Source of the DNA: Lingula anatina
Lineage: Eukaryota; Animalia; Brachiopoda
Direction: 5' to 3'
Length of the DNA: 64,000 nt
NCBI GenBank assembly: GCA_051362555.1
Contig: CM120642.1
Coordinates: 14,508,001 to 14,572,000, forward strand
Shown: positions 50,612 to 62,162 of the stretch, one piece after another
Layout: every line of letters starts with the position of its first letter
Position numbering within the stretch: the first letter of the stretch is position 1
Translations under genes and position numbers: made by a program
The notes under the pieces: model-generated
What the model was told of the DNA's origin: nothing
Seen by the model: only the letters and a program-made list of their open reading frames with translations
Databases searched by the model: none

Positions 50612-53307
50612 CTAACACGTTGGCCCAACTGTTATACCAACGCCGGCAAACGCAGTGGTCACGGCATTTTGGTCGTAGGTCAAGTCACCAGCCGCTTTCA
50701 TGACGCCACACGCACCTGCTTGGAATGTCGACGTTGAGCTCCAGTACAGTCTGTTGGCTAAGGTCATGGTCTTGAAGGCCTTTTCGACATCCCAACCTGC
50801 AGAGGTGCTGAGAAGGTAAAACGCTTTATTGAACACGCCGCTGCTGTAATGCACGTTTAGGCCGTCGTAGTAATTGTCTACGTGGTCAATAGATCTACCA
50901 TCACTAGGAGGGTTTGACATGCTTCGCAACCCACCGCCGCTCTTGGTTGTGTCCTGGCCGACTTGCCAGTCAACAGCGCCGTACAGATAGTATTCTAAGG
51001 CCTCTCCTGCCATGTCAGAGAAGGCCTCGTTCATACCTCCAGATTGGGTTCGGTATTCAAGCCCGGAATGGTCCTCTGTAAAACCATGAGCAAGTTCGTG
51101 CGCCATGACGTTAAGGGTAGTCAGTGGGTGAAAGTACGTGTCACCGTCACCTATGAAACAGCGATTTCTCCAGTAGAATGCGTTCTCCATTCTGTCGCCA
51201 AAATGTACACCGACTTTCACCGGTTTTGGGACGATGGCATCAAGGCCTGACCAGGTCTGGAACATTTCATAGGTTTTCTCTGCGAAGTAAAGGGCATCAT
51301 TGGTAGGGCTGTAAGCTCCGTTTGTGACATCGGCGGCATTGTTAAAATCATTGGTACAGTCGACATTATAAACGCCCACCTGTGCCAGAAGTGCATCCAT
51401 CTGTGAGCTTGTCATGCTCATGGATCCCTGTCCACCACAGTTGTAGACCTGAACGTTAGGCGTGGAGAAAGAGCAGGTACTTGTCCCGGTTGCGCGGTCG
51501 AGAGGAAGATAACCATGGCCTCTACTGCTGCACGTCTCCTGGCGCTTTTTGGCCGATCTGCAAATATCACAAATATTGCTCATAAACAAAAAAGCAATGT
51601 GATGATTGAATAAGAACAAAGCAAGTAATGTAAGATACTTCTAACGAAAGACAAAGGCGAGAACATTAGATGAAACATTCATCATCTGTTTACCCATATG
51701 ATATGGGACCTGGATTGTCATCTAACATTATCATAGATAAAAATTCTTTCCAGAGATACTACTCTTCCGGCAGTTGATATAAAACAATTAAGGTCTGCTT
51801 TTTGGACACACTGTTGATATCTTTCAATGTGCCTCGTAGTTTGTTCAAATCGTATTAAGGAAAAGTAAAATACAGATGAGAATATTTACAAATATCCAAA
51901 CTGGATTCGTAAAAATATCAAAATAACAAATTAAATTGTAATCTGTCACTTTGATCAATAATTACCCTGAGCCAATGTTCCTCCAACACCCTATGGACCT
52001 GAAATGAATGAATTGAATTCTTTGATATTCGTTGCTTGTGCATTTGTAAGAACAGAATGAAATTTAAAATTGTTACACTTAATACTTTAACTTCTCAAGC
52101 TACACTCTCACGAGGACACGTGCTTTAAATCTCAGTTGCTGCAGTATATACTTCCACGTCTCAAAAACCAGCGTTTTGCAGGGCCATATCAAATATGTCA
52201 CTTACGGTGGACTTTGGGTCGGTGCTTGTGTCGGTGCTTGTGTCGGAGCTTGAGTCGGTGCTTGTGTCGGAGCTTGCGTCGGGGCTTGCGTCGGAGCTTG
52301 AGTCACTCCAGTTTCACTGCAGTCTCCTGCAGCATTGCCGTATACCCATTTGCCGCTTTTCACATTTCCACCAACGCCCCTGATGTCAACTTTTTCTTTG
52401 GTGAGGCTTTCAAATGTCAACAAAATGGCACCATCGTTAGCATCTATGTAAAAGATCGGCTCACTGAATCCAGTTGTATCGTTGACCATGGTGAAGCGTG
52501 TTTTCCAGGTAAGATGGGCTTTGGAATTGAAAATTGCAACTTCAATATCAGCTTCTTCGTTCGCGACTGTAGCAACTTCAGCAGCTGACAAAACAGACTT
52601 TGCAATATCCAGGGCATCTGCCTTTGAAAGAGCTGGTTTTAGGTCGGATATATCCCCGTTGATGTCGCCATAGATAAGGCCAGCGACCACGCTGTCAAAA
52701 TGGCCCTTGTCTTCCTCCACAACCACCACAGTACCACGGACCGGAATACCATTCCACTTTTGGCGAAGTCTGACAAGTGTTCCCTTTGGAACGTTCACAG
52801 ACTCTACGGCGCTTAGACTACTGCTTGCCTCGTAGGCGGCAGACGTGATAAGTTGGTTCGCGTTTTGGAAGTGACCCGTTGTTGCCACCTCCTCTGCGTT
52901 GAGTTCCCTTGCTGCCTCACAAGAGTACATTGCTTCAGTGGACCAAAAGGGGAAAAAGAAATAACTGGCTCAGTGATAGTGTTTGCTTAGACGAAAGAAT
53001 TTTAATATCAATACTGACGTACACCCCGTATGATCAGGTAAGATACAAATCGAATCTGACGGAAATAAATATGTTTGAATCCAATATTAAAACAATCTCC
53101 ATAAATGTTCTTGTACGTCAAACGCAACGTCGTGTTTTGTTACTGTGGTTGGTTGTAGCCTTATATTCCGTATTTTATGCGAAAGTGCTACCTTAGGGTT
53201 AGAGAAATATTGAATGTAATATGCACCTGAAGGCAACTGTTTTTAAGCATGTAAAATAGGTATCACCTACCCAGCAGCAGTAAAGTTGCTTCCGCTATGA
53301 GACGCAT
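50612..53307 (-). CDS. Secreted M4-family (vibriolysin/LasB-like) zinc metalloprotease A, ~569 aa; coding exons 53307-53271, 52932-52206, 51557-50612
   Basis: Signal peptide MRLIAEATLLLL|AMYSCEA split by a phase-1 intron. FTP-like (VRLRQKWNGIPVRG) and PepSY-like (FYIDANDGAIL) propeptide. Mature start GVGGNVKSGK. NGAYSPTNDA, HELAH (HExxH), GGMNEAFSD, NVHYSSGVFN. Phase-2 intron CC|gtaag...tttgcag|A. Summed CDS 1710 nt, in frame. Confidence 0.9.
52208..52303 (-). repeat. Coding 12-bp tandem repeat, (TQAP)7-TQSP mucin-like linker
   Basis: Eight units ACN-CAA-GCN-CCG with synonymous third-position variation. Confidence 0.92.
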
Positions 53308-53573
53308 GTTTGTGACTTCTTTACCTTAAAAAAATACTGAAATAATAAAATTGAAGCATCTTCTCAAAGAGAAAAAACATTTGCGTAAGATTTGTAAGTA
53401 CTACAGGTGGATAAGAATTGTATATCTCCCCTGGAAAACCAAACTTAATCACATTTGCTCGATCAAAATTTCCCCTTGACCAAAAATTTCGACTTTTCGC
53501 AGTTTCAGCGTTTTACACATGATGAATGAATATGATGAATACTGATGAATATGTAAGAAAATTATTAACTTAC

Positions 53574-53657
53574 CGATACACCGTGCAATCGCTCAATGTG
53601 CGATTCCTTTGAATCTGAGCCAACTTCAGAGTATAGAATCGTTTTTATGGCTATATA
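53574..53657 (-). promoter_or_regulatory. Putative TATA box and short non-coding first exon of M4 gene A
   Basis: Minus-strand TATATAG at 53657-53651. Donor G|GTAAGT at 53573. Downstream acceptor ttttttaag at 53325 precedes the ATG exon. Confidence 0.45.
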
Positions 53658-54918
53658 ATGCGTAGGTGTGACAAATTATTACAATAGAATTAAGCAAGAA
53701 ATAATGGCAGTGGCGTAATTAGAGACCACTATACAGCTGGGTTCCTGCGAGTGGCTAATCGTCATGTCGTCACATTTATTGTGGTCATGAGTACGGTGGC
53801 TGGTTACATGGGGATACCAAGAAAATTAATTCTTTTAGGACCATACAATTCCATTTAATTTATTTTTTCTCTTATTGGCCACGGGTTAGATTATTTATTG
53901 CATCTTATAATTTTACGCCAGCATGTACATTGACTTTTTACAGTTGAGAGGCTTTTTGTAAAAACGTTTCCAGTGCAATAATAGTGGGATCCCTTTCACA
54001 CGTCATATGATTTATGAATATCACTTTGTTGCAACAAACATCATACAGTGTACCTACACTTTGGTATAGCTTACATCGAACTTCCTCACAATGGGGACAC
54101 ATAAAGTAAATTTCGTCTTCTGTGGCTCTGAGATCACCAACGCAATTAGGAACATGTTATACAGTGTTAATGTATGCGTATGTGCCTGTGCATATCTGCG
54201 TGTCTGTCTCTCTGTTTGTATGTGTGCAACAAAAAATACCTCAGTATTTGATACAGAATAGCCTGCTAAATGATATACGTGCATAAAATATATATGTATA
54301 AGCATTATGATAAAGCCAATAAAAGATTCCGTTTTTCGGATGGGCAAAATATTTGTTGAGTAAATTTTTTCTCTCAAATGTATCAATTGACAAAATTTCA
54401 GTCAAGAGGTATATGTAGTAGGTCTCCCTAACTAACAACAAAATGCGAAAGTTTTTTGAACACCACCCAAATAATAAATTGACTTGAAACCATTTGCAGG
54501 TGTTGCCTGATAGTTTTAACTTACAGATTCTTACACAAGTGACAAGTTCGTCACTACACGTTTGCACGTGTATGCAGGTGCATTATCAGAGTCACAAATT
54601 GGACATCAAATTAAACTTTTTAATGACGCACTAAATTGAAGTTGTATGTAAGATTGTCAAAGTGTCAAAGTTGAATGCCCTACCCCATCAAATGAATCGC
54701 ACGTTGTTGAGGCAAGTTGTGTGTATTCTTCACGGCGCATTTTTTATTGGGGGTTATAATCTCAAGTTAACGTGGGTAACAAAGTTTGTGTGTTGCACAT
54801 AGAAACAAAAACTGCGAGTCATAATTCTTGGAAAGAAATAAAAAGAGCCATTCAATATGGTTGGATTTTTTGTAGTTATTAAATGCTATGCCGGGGAGCA
54901 ATTTTCACAAAACATCTG

Positions 54919-55941
54919 GGCCCAGTTTTAAAAAAGGTGTTTAGCACTAACTAGTGTATCAGTCTAACCAGTGGATAAAATATCTAAAGGCCGGTTATCT
55001 AAACGACGTTAAAAATTGTCTTTTATAAGCCGGTAAGCTAAATAGTGTTGGAACAGTTTAAGCATTATCCAGATCATACTTGGAATTGAAATTTCCTAGA
55101 ATGCATGATGTTGCTATGAACAAAATAAAAGACCCCTAATATATATATATATCTTTCATACTACTTGGCTTTACTGTCTGTACACAATCTCTGAAATTGA
55201 CGGTAAAAAAATATACCAAGAACGCTCAATTGTTGCTTTATTACTTGCCATGATAACCAAGAGAATTGCTTCTGTTGCTAAAAATCTGAAGCAAGATTTC
55301 TGGAACAAGATCATGAACTGTTCATTTTGGTTAAAAAATGAATTTTCCTGGGGTAAAGGACTACTATAGTGGTAAATGAATCCATTCCGACATTCAGAGT
55401 TAGCCCCTGTTTTTTTTCTAAAGAGTTTTTTTCTTTGTAATATTCTCTTAAGAAAATATTACAGAGTGTAGCCATCTATGGAAGTCAGGTGATGTGGTGG
55501 CAAGCACAAGTTCCAGAATTATTGCTATTTTGGTGCTAAAATAGAATTCATATATTTCTATGAGTTGTTTACAATGTATTTTCTTGTGAAATATGGACAT
55601 CATATGAACAGTTGTTATCTCTTTAAATATTTTCTAAATACGAATTTTCCTAATCAGTTGCTGTATAAGAATTGCATTTCATTGTTTAAAAACTCTTTCT
55701 TAATCTTGCAGACATGAAACTTTTAGGATTTCAGACAAGCCTCAGGATCTTTGTCATATTTATCCAACGCTTACGAAATTTAAACTACCTCCTATGAAAG
55801 TATAAACTTAACCGACCGTGTTGGAGTTTAAACCGTTTGTTTGTGTGAAACATGGTTTATGAAACACTGTTAAAATTCGTTTAAGTTACACGTTGGATTG
55901 AAACTTCGGTTTATGCTAAACGACCTTTATTGAACTTGGCC
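54919..55941. mobile_element. ~1-kb Harbinger-like non-autonomous element with CTG TSD
   Basis: TIR ggcccagttttaaaaaaggtgtttagca / tgctaaacgacctttattgaacttggcc. CTG at 54916-18 and 55942-44. Confidence 0.75.
55331..55626. mobile_element. Degenerate TTAA-type (Kolobok/T2-like) MITE nested in the Harbinger-like element
   Basis: Homologous to 61305-61628 (aatgaatccatt..cattca.agttag.ccctgtttttttt..; ttgtgaaatat.gac.tcata.gaa.agtt.ttatc.ctttaa). Confidence 0.6.
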
Positions 55942-56678
55942 CTGGTAATTTATTTACGTTTACCCTTTACACGAAAGCAGATATTCCAACATAATTGTTT
56001 CGAACGGTGCAATTGACGACATAACCTGCCCGTCGACAACACGTGTTTGCAATTAAAGCGCACCTTCAACTTTACTGATAATGATAGTGCGCGATTTGCC
56101 AACCTGCATAACCTGCATTGCTCATAAACACGCTTCAGAATGATACACCTGCGGGGTATCTACAAAAGACAATGATCAATACAAGCCATGCCCTTTCTTA
56201 CTTGAAACTGTCCACAACGCGACTTATACGAAGATGTGGCTGGGGGGTTTGGAAGAGGGGCACTTCACTCCCAACTCTGTGCGCATGTACTATAAATTTT
56301 ACAGCGACTTGATCTATAGACTGTACTGAATCAATCTTTGTCAATGAGGGAAATTTAGGACAGTGCCCCCCTAAATGTTAATTTCTTGCCAAATACGGTA
56401 AGTATCGTGGGGGAATGCTCTATGAAAACGAAATTTGCTAGTGTTTTTCGAAAATTGACCAGTGCCATCGTCAAGTATTTGTTCATTCATGGCTTCGTAC
56501 CCCCAAAAGCAATTTTAAATCAATTTGGTTATTTTGTTCGGGTCAAGGTAAATTCAGTCATTGCCATCAGAACCATCTGGGAATAATGACAGTGAATTGA
56601 AATGGATTTTTAATGAAAGATCATCTCCACGTCATTTATGCCATACGGGTGGATCATGTGATTTGGTTTTTGCGTACG

Positions 56679-56752
56679 TATAAGAATCGATACGATCGGT
56701 GCATCTTGGAGCGGTTTTTGCCAATCTGCTAACCAAAAGACGTACTAATCAG
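56679..56752 (+). promoter_or_regulatory. Putative TATA box and short non-coding first exon of M4 gene B
   Basis: TATAAGA at about 56679 and donor CAG|GTGAGG at 56753. Mirrors the layout of gene A. Confidence 0.4.
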
Positions 56753-57010
56753 GTGAGGTGGCCTATGTTGAATTATCGTGGAAGAAATGATTAAGATTCA
56801 ATTGGTTAAACGCACACATAGATTCGTTGACTCCATTAATTTATTTATGCAAAATACAAATCTATTCCTCTTTGACAGTCCTTAAGAAAATCGTACATAC
56901 ATATGTCGAGTAACAGAAAGGATATATCACCAATAATTCTACAGGGAATCAGTTATAATCAGTCATAATTTGAATTCAAGGTATTCAAAAGAGGAGAGAA
57001 GAGGCGCGAC

Positions 57011-59132
57011 ATGCACTTAAGCCAATTCAGGGTGTGGTATGTGCTGGCAGCAGCAGGTAAAAGAGTGCTTTGGTTTATTATTATTTTTTAATATCATTAC
57101 GTTTGAATAGCCTATTGTTAAAAATAAAATACTGATAATAAATGCTGTATCAGTATATATTTTCATCGTGCTTATTTTTGTCAAAATTTTCACTTTATAT
57201 TTCAATCGTTCAGAATAGGTTTATATAACCAAAAAAGACAAAAAACTAGACTAACGCAGTTTTTTATCAGTAGGAATCAAATATTAGTGAGACAAAACTT
57301 TAGATCATTGATCACCCGTAGCGTGAAGCTGGATCGCTGAAGAATATACACTGCATCAACACACCTATATCCCATTGCTAATTGTAGTCCATTAACAGTG
57401 AGTGCCTTAACGTTTTTTTTTTTCAGTTTTTTCTCTGTCACCAGCTGATGCTGTCAAGGAGATAGACGCCACAGCGTACGCTATCGATACAACCAGCTCT
57501 GACCCCATCAACCTCATTCAGGGTCTCAATCAAGGTGACAATTTTCGTCCAATCACAGGATTCAGGCGCTTCGATGGTGTTCAGAAGGTTCGCTTCGAAC
57601 AGACGTATAAAGACATCCCGGTTTACGGATCGGTAGTTGTCATGGAAAAGAATTCGAATGGGGAATTTTACGATGTTTCTGACGGGGAGCTATTCGAGGA
57701 TATCCTAATGGACTTGAACGAGACTAACCCGATGGTAACTATAGCGGAAGCTATCGATATCGCCATAGCCGCCGTCAGTGATCCAGAATCTGCGTTCAAA
57801 TCTGAAGCCATTGCCGACCTCCTAGTCTCTGATGAAGGCGGATATGCCCATCTGATTTATCGCGTAAAATTTCTGGCGAAAAAGGGTAGCGGTTACTCCA
57901 GCCCGGTTGTAATCGTTGATGCGCTTAGCGGTGAAGTTTTGAGAAATTTTGAGTCCCTGATGACCGAATCTATTCAAATTGGCGGAGTTGGTGGCAATGT
58001 CAAGTTCGGTAAATATGTCTTTGGCAACAGCGCCGGAGATTGTTCTACTGGAGGTGGTGGTGGCGGTGGTGGCACCCCGACCACTGCCGGGCCAACTACC
58101 ACTGCCCCCGAGGTCACCACCAACTCCACCGACTGGGATTGGTATGACTATGACTGGAATACTACATCTAATGCTACGGCTAATGCCAATATTACCCGAC
58201 GTCAAGTCGAATCTTGCAATGCCAACCAATTCCCTAAATTAATCGTCGACAAACTGGCTAACGGCAAATGCGCGCTAAAGTCAACAAACACCCAGATATA
58301 TCATGTCCAGGGAAAGTCTGCTGAGCAAGATCCCGGACTAGGTGAACTCCTGAAAGAGGTCTATTCAGTTGACTGCACCAATAATTTCAACAATGTCAAC
58401 GATTTTGCAAATGGCGGTTACAGCCCTGCGAATGACGCGTTTTTCTATAGCGAAAAGACATTTGAGATGTTTCAGAAATGGTTGAAGAAACCGGCCGTGA
58501 AAGTGGAACCTCCAGGTCCCTTGAAAATTGCCGTTCATTTTGGTACGAACCTCGAGAATGCCTTCTACTACAGAGATCGCTGTTTCTTCGGTAATGGTGC
58601 CGACACCTTCCACCCTCTCGTTGATGTGAATGTAGTTGCTCACGAGCTCGCCCATGGTTTTACTGAGGACCACTCTAATCTTGAATACGTAGACATGTCA
58701 GGGGGTATGAACGAAGCATTTTCGGACATGGCCGGGGAAGCCTTAGAATATTACCTGTTCGGAAAGGTCGACTGGATCGTTGGAGGAGCTTCCATGAAAG
58801 AAGCAGGTAAAGGACTTCGGTACTTCGACGATCCTACAAAAGATGGGCAATCCATTGGCCACGCCCGAGATTTCAGAGCTGGCATGAGCGTTCATCTCAG
58901 TAGTGGGGTTTACAACAAAGCTTTCTACACTCTAGCCAATACCAATGGTTGGAACGTGGAAAAGGCTTTCAGGGTCTTTGGTACTGCCAACGTTGTTTAT
59001 TGGGGAGCCAAAGCTACCTTTAATACCGGCGCCTGTGGGGTTCGCAAGGCAGCTGCTGATCTGAAACTACCCACTCAAGATGTTATTAATGCCTTCAGCA
59101 GCGTTGGTGTCACCTGCACTTCAGCTAAGTAA
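57011..59132 (+). CDS. Secreted M4-family (vibriolysin/LasB-like) zinc metalloprotease B, ~583 aa; coding exons 57011-57056, 57427-59132
   Basis: Signal peptide MHLSQFRVWYVLAAA|VFSLSPADA with a phase-1 intron (CAG|gtaaaa...tttttcag). FTP motif KVRFEQTYKDIPVYG, PepSY motif IVDALSGEVL, GVGGNVKFGKY, NGGYSPANDA, HELAH, GGMNEAFSD, GLRYFD, VHLSSGVYN. CDS 1752 nt, in frame. AATAAA near 59245. Confidence 0.92.
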
Positions 59133-60216
59133 AAGTGAGCATCCACTGGGCAATGATACAGCAGAAGATTTTTTGGTTTTTCTAGTGCTGAAGTTGTTTA
59201 CTAAGATTGTCAATTTACGGTTTTGAAAGCGATTTTTAAAGGAAAATAAAATATTGAAAGATGGATGTTTTGTCCAAGCTGCTATCATTTCAGATCGCCA
59301 ATATTTTAATTTTTTTTAGTTTTTACTCGGTATAATATACACACACAAAGAGACATAAAACTGATACCTTGACACAAACAGTCCTATTTAAAATCTATTG
59401 AAAGTGCTTTGGGCGCGTTTCAAAGGATGGCAGTTTTACGTGGTCATTCAATTGAAAATAATAATGACCAACTATAGAATGGTAGTGTCTGATAGCACGA
59501 AAAGCTGAGGTGTTGGGCCAGTGGTGGAAAATGTTAATAAGTTACAAGAATAGAAAATGTGTACATTATATATATCTTTCTTTCAGAATCTGCTACAAGG
59601 GCACTTGTTTAATTATAGCACAATAAAAAAAGTTGGTTGGATAGGACTCCACACATACCAAAATTATTAAACAGCTGTGTTACTTCAATTTTTGAAAAAG
59701 CAGTTCGGGGATTCTTGGATAATAACGGTTGTAAAAAAAAGTCATGTGTAAATCTTTAAGGTATTAGTTAGGGATTCATCGTTTTGCCCCCAAATTTAGT
59801 CTCTGAAATTTTTGTCTTGAAATAAACATGTGTACTGTAGTGACAAACACAAGCCAACAGTGACATAGATATATATGCAAAGACACATCTAACTCGATTT
59901 CACTGAGCGCGGCATATCAAAGGAGTAAGAATTTTCAGATTGCCCCATAAAAATTCCACTTCACATTACTATAATATTGGGTTTAGATTATTTTGGTGCA
60001 TGGATTTGTTCAGTTATTTTTCTAAAAATCACGTGGTACCCCAGCAGCCTTATGAGTAGGGCCTAACCGTTTGAAACGGAGAAGCCTGAATGAAAGATAC
60101 TGAAAGGCCTACAATACAAGTTACACCTTTATATAGAAAATCAATTAATCTTTCAGGAAAATTCAACAAATGCGGTTGGTCGAAAACGATGCGAAATATT
60201 GATTTCCTCGAAATTA

Positions 60217-61058
60217 TGGCCGGTGTAACATGAAAATCTGACTCCCATGGAAATCTGACTCCCCCAGTCAAAATTTCATGATGAAAATCTGACTCCCCCC
60301 ATGAAATTTTGACTCCCCCTCAAAAAACTTTATAAATCTTATTTTATTTGAGTATATAACTTTTATCTTGTAGTATGCATAATGGAGGATACATTGGCAC
60401 TTTTTGAAAATTTTCATGGGAAAATAAGAAAATTAAAAATGTGTATTTTTCCACCCAATGACTCCTATGAAAAGGCTATGGGAGTCAAAATCCTACAGGT
60501 AGTAAGATGAATACTTGTTTCAAAAATTATCAATTTTCACCAAACTTTTCACCACCAAACTTTTAAATACTAACAAAATATATGTCACAATGCAAACCAT
60601 GTGGAATACAATGGTATGGTGACTGAATATAAAATAGGGCCTTTTCTTCATGGGAGTCCAAATCCCTTGGGTATGAATATGAAGATTTTTCATTATTTTT
60701 TTCACCCAATATTTTACCACCAAGCTTTCAAATATTTCCAATATATTCTTCATAAAGTATACTTAAGGGAAAGATGTTGAAATGATCACCAAATATCAAA
60801 TAAATAGCTTTTTCATAGGGGAGTCATTTTTAGTTTTCTTATTTTCTCATTAAAATTTTCACCTGCAAATTAAAAAAGTACCAGTGTATCCTTCATTATG
60901 CATCCTACAATATAAAAGTAATATACTCAAATTAAATAAGATTTATAAAGTTTTGTGGGGGGAGTCAAAATTTCATAGGGGGAGTCACATTTACATTATG
61001 AAAATTTGACTGGGGAGTCAAATTTTTGGGGAGTCAGATTTTCATGGTACACCGGTCA
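60217..61058. mobile_element. ~840-bp foldback MITE with long inverted arms, between M4 genes B and C
   Basis: TIR ccggtgtaacatgaaaatctgactccc / gggagtcagattttcatggtacaccgg. Arms of roughly 250 bp with gaaaatctgactcccc subrepeats. Possible TTA TSD (60214-16, 61059-61). Confidence 0.8.
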
Positions 61059-61304
61059 TTAACCAACTTATCAACTTTGCTTTTTCCTCGCCAGCTCCAT
61101 TACAAGAGAGTTTAAAAACTTCAAAACTTGGAATTCAAAAAATGGTTTTATAGATTGTGATTTTGTCGTCGGTGATCGATATGGTGTGTCTGAAAGATTA
61201 AAGAAAAGTTGTGGAAATTTCAAGGAAAATCAAAATTTAGCTATACAAAGTTGCATGTATGCCTTTTTTAAAAGCTCAGAGACGTGTGCCAGCGGTTTGC
61301 TTAA

Positions 61305-61628
61305 AGGGATAATAGAATTTTCACGGAGTAAACAACAATTTTCCCATGCTAACCAATGGTTAATGAATCCATTTTTACATTCAAAGTTAGTCCCTGTTTT
61401 TTTTCTCAAAAGTTTGGTTTTTTGTTAAAATCTCTTAAGAGATTTTAACAGAGTATAACCATCAATGGAGGTCACGTGGTTTGAAGACAAGCTCAGATAT
61501 CAAAATAATAGCTATAACTGCTGTTTTTGTCGTAAAACAGAATATATTATATTTCTGATTAATATATTGAGTTATTCACAATGTTTTTATTGTGAAATAT
61601 AGACCTCATACGAAGAGTTATTATCCCT
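61305..61628. mobile_element. TTAA-flanked MITE (Kolobok/T2-like)
   Basis: TTAA|agggataata ... tattatccct|TTAA. Second copy at 55331-55626. Confidence 0.75.
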
Positions 61629-62162
61629 TTAATAAGAATTGGACTTGATACTCAGAGGGTTTCAATAAACACATAACGCATATATTTTCGATTATTTTAG
61701 ATGCGATGACATTTTTTCTATTTAAACCGTGACGATGTATTGATACAGTAATGGGATGAGTATAAATTACTATCAGGATAAAATAACTACCGAATGTGCA
61801 CGATTACAAGTTGAGCACTCCACTGATAAATGTATATTGAAACTGAATAGATATGGACGAAGAAAAGAGAGCGTTTATATGGAAATTGTAAGATAACATA
61901 AAGGCCCTCAAAACAGGTCGTCCGCGGGAAACAAACAATACGGGTTGGTTTGACGTTTTCCGGCAGGGGTATAGCGCTCTTTAATTTAAAAAGTCCGCCA
62001 GTACGTAATGATTTAAATGTAACAAAGTAAAACAGCTTTTATTTGTACCAAAAGTTCTTGCCATACTCAGAAAAAAAAAAGGATAAAGGCAGAATAAGCA
62101 GAATTATAATAAATTGCATAAAGCTATTATGGTTGATCTTCTTTCATGGTAGACAATCCTTA

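Noticed and set aside
51558-52205. M4 gene A as a split pseudogene (two separate ORFs in the track)
   Set aside because: A canonical phase-2 intron joins the ORFs in frame, and all catalytic motifs are intact.
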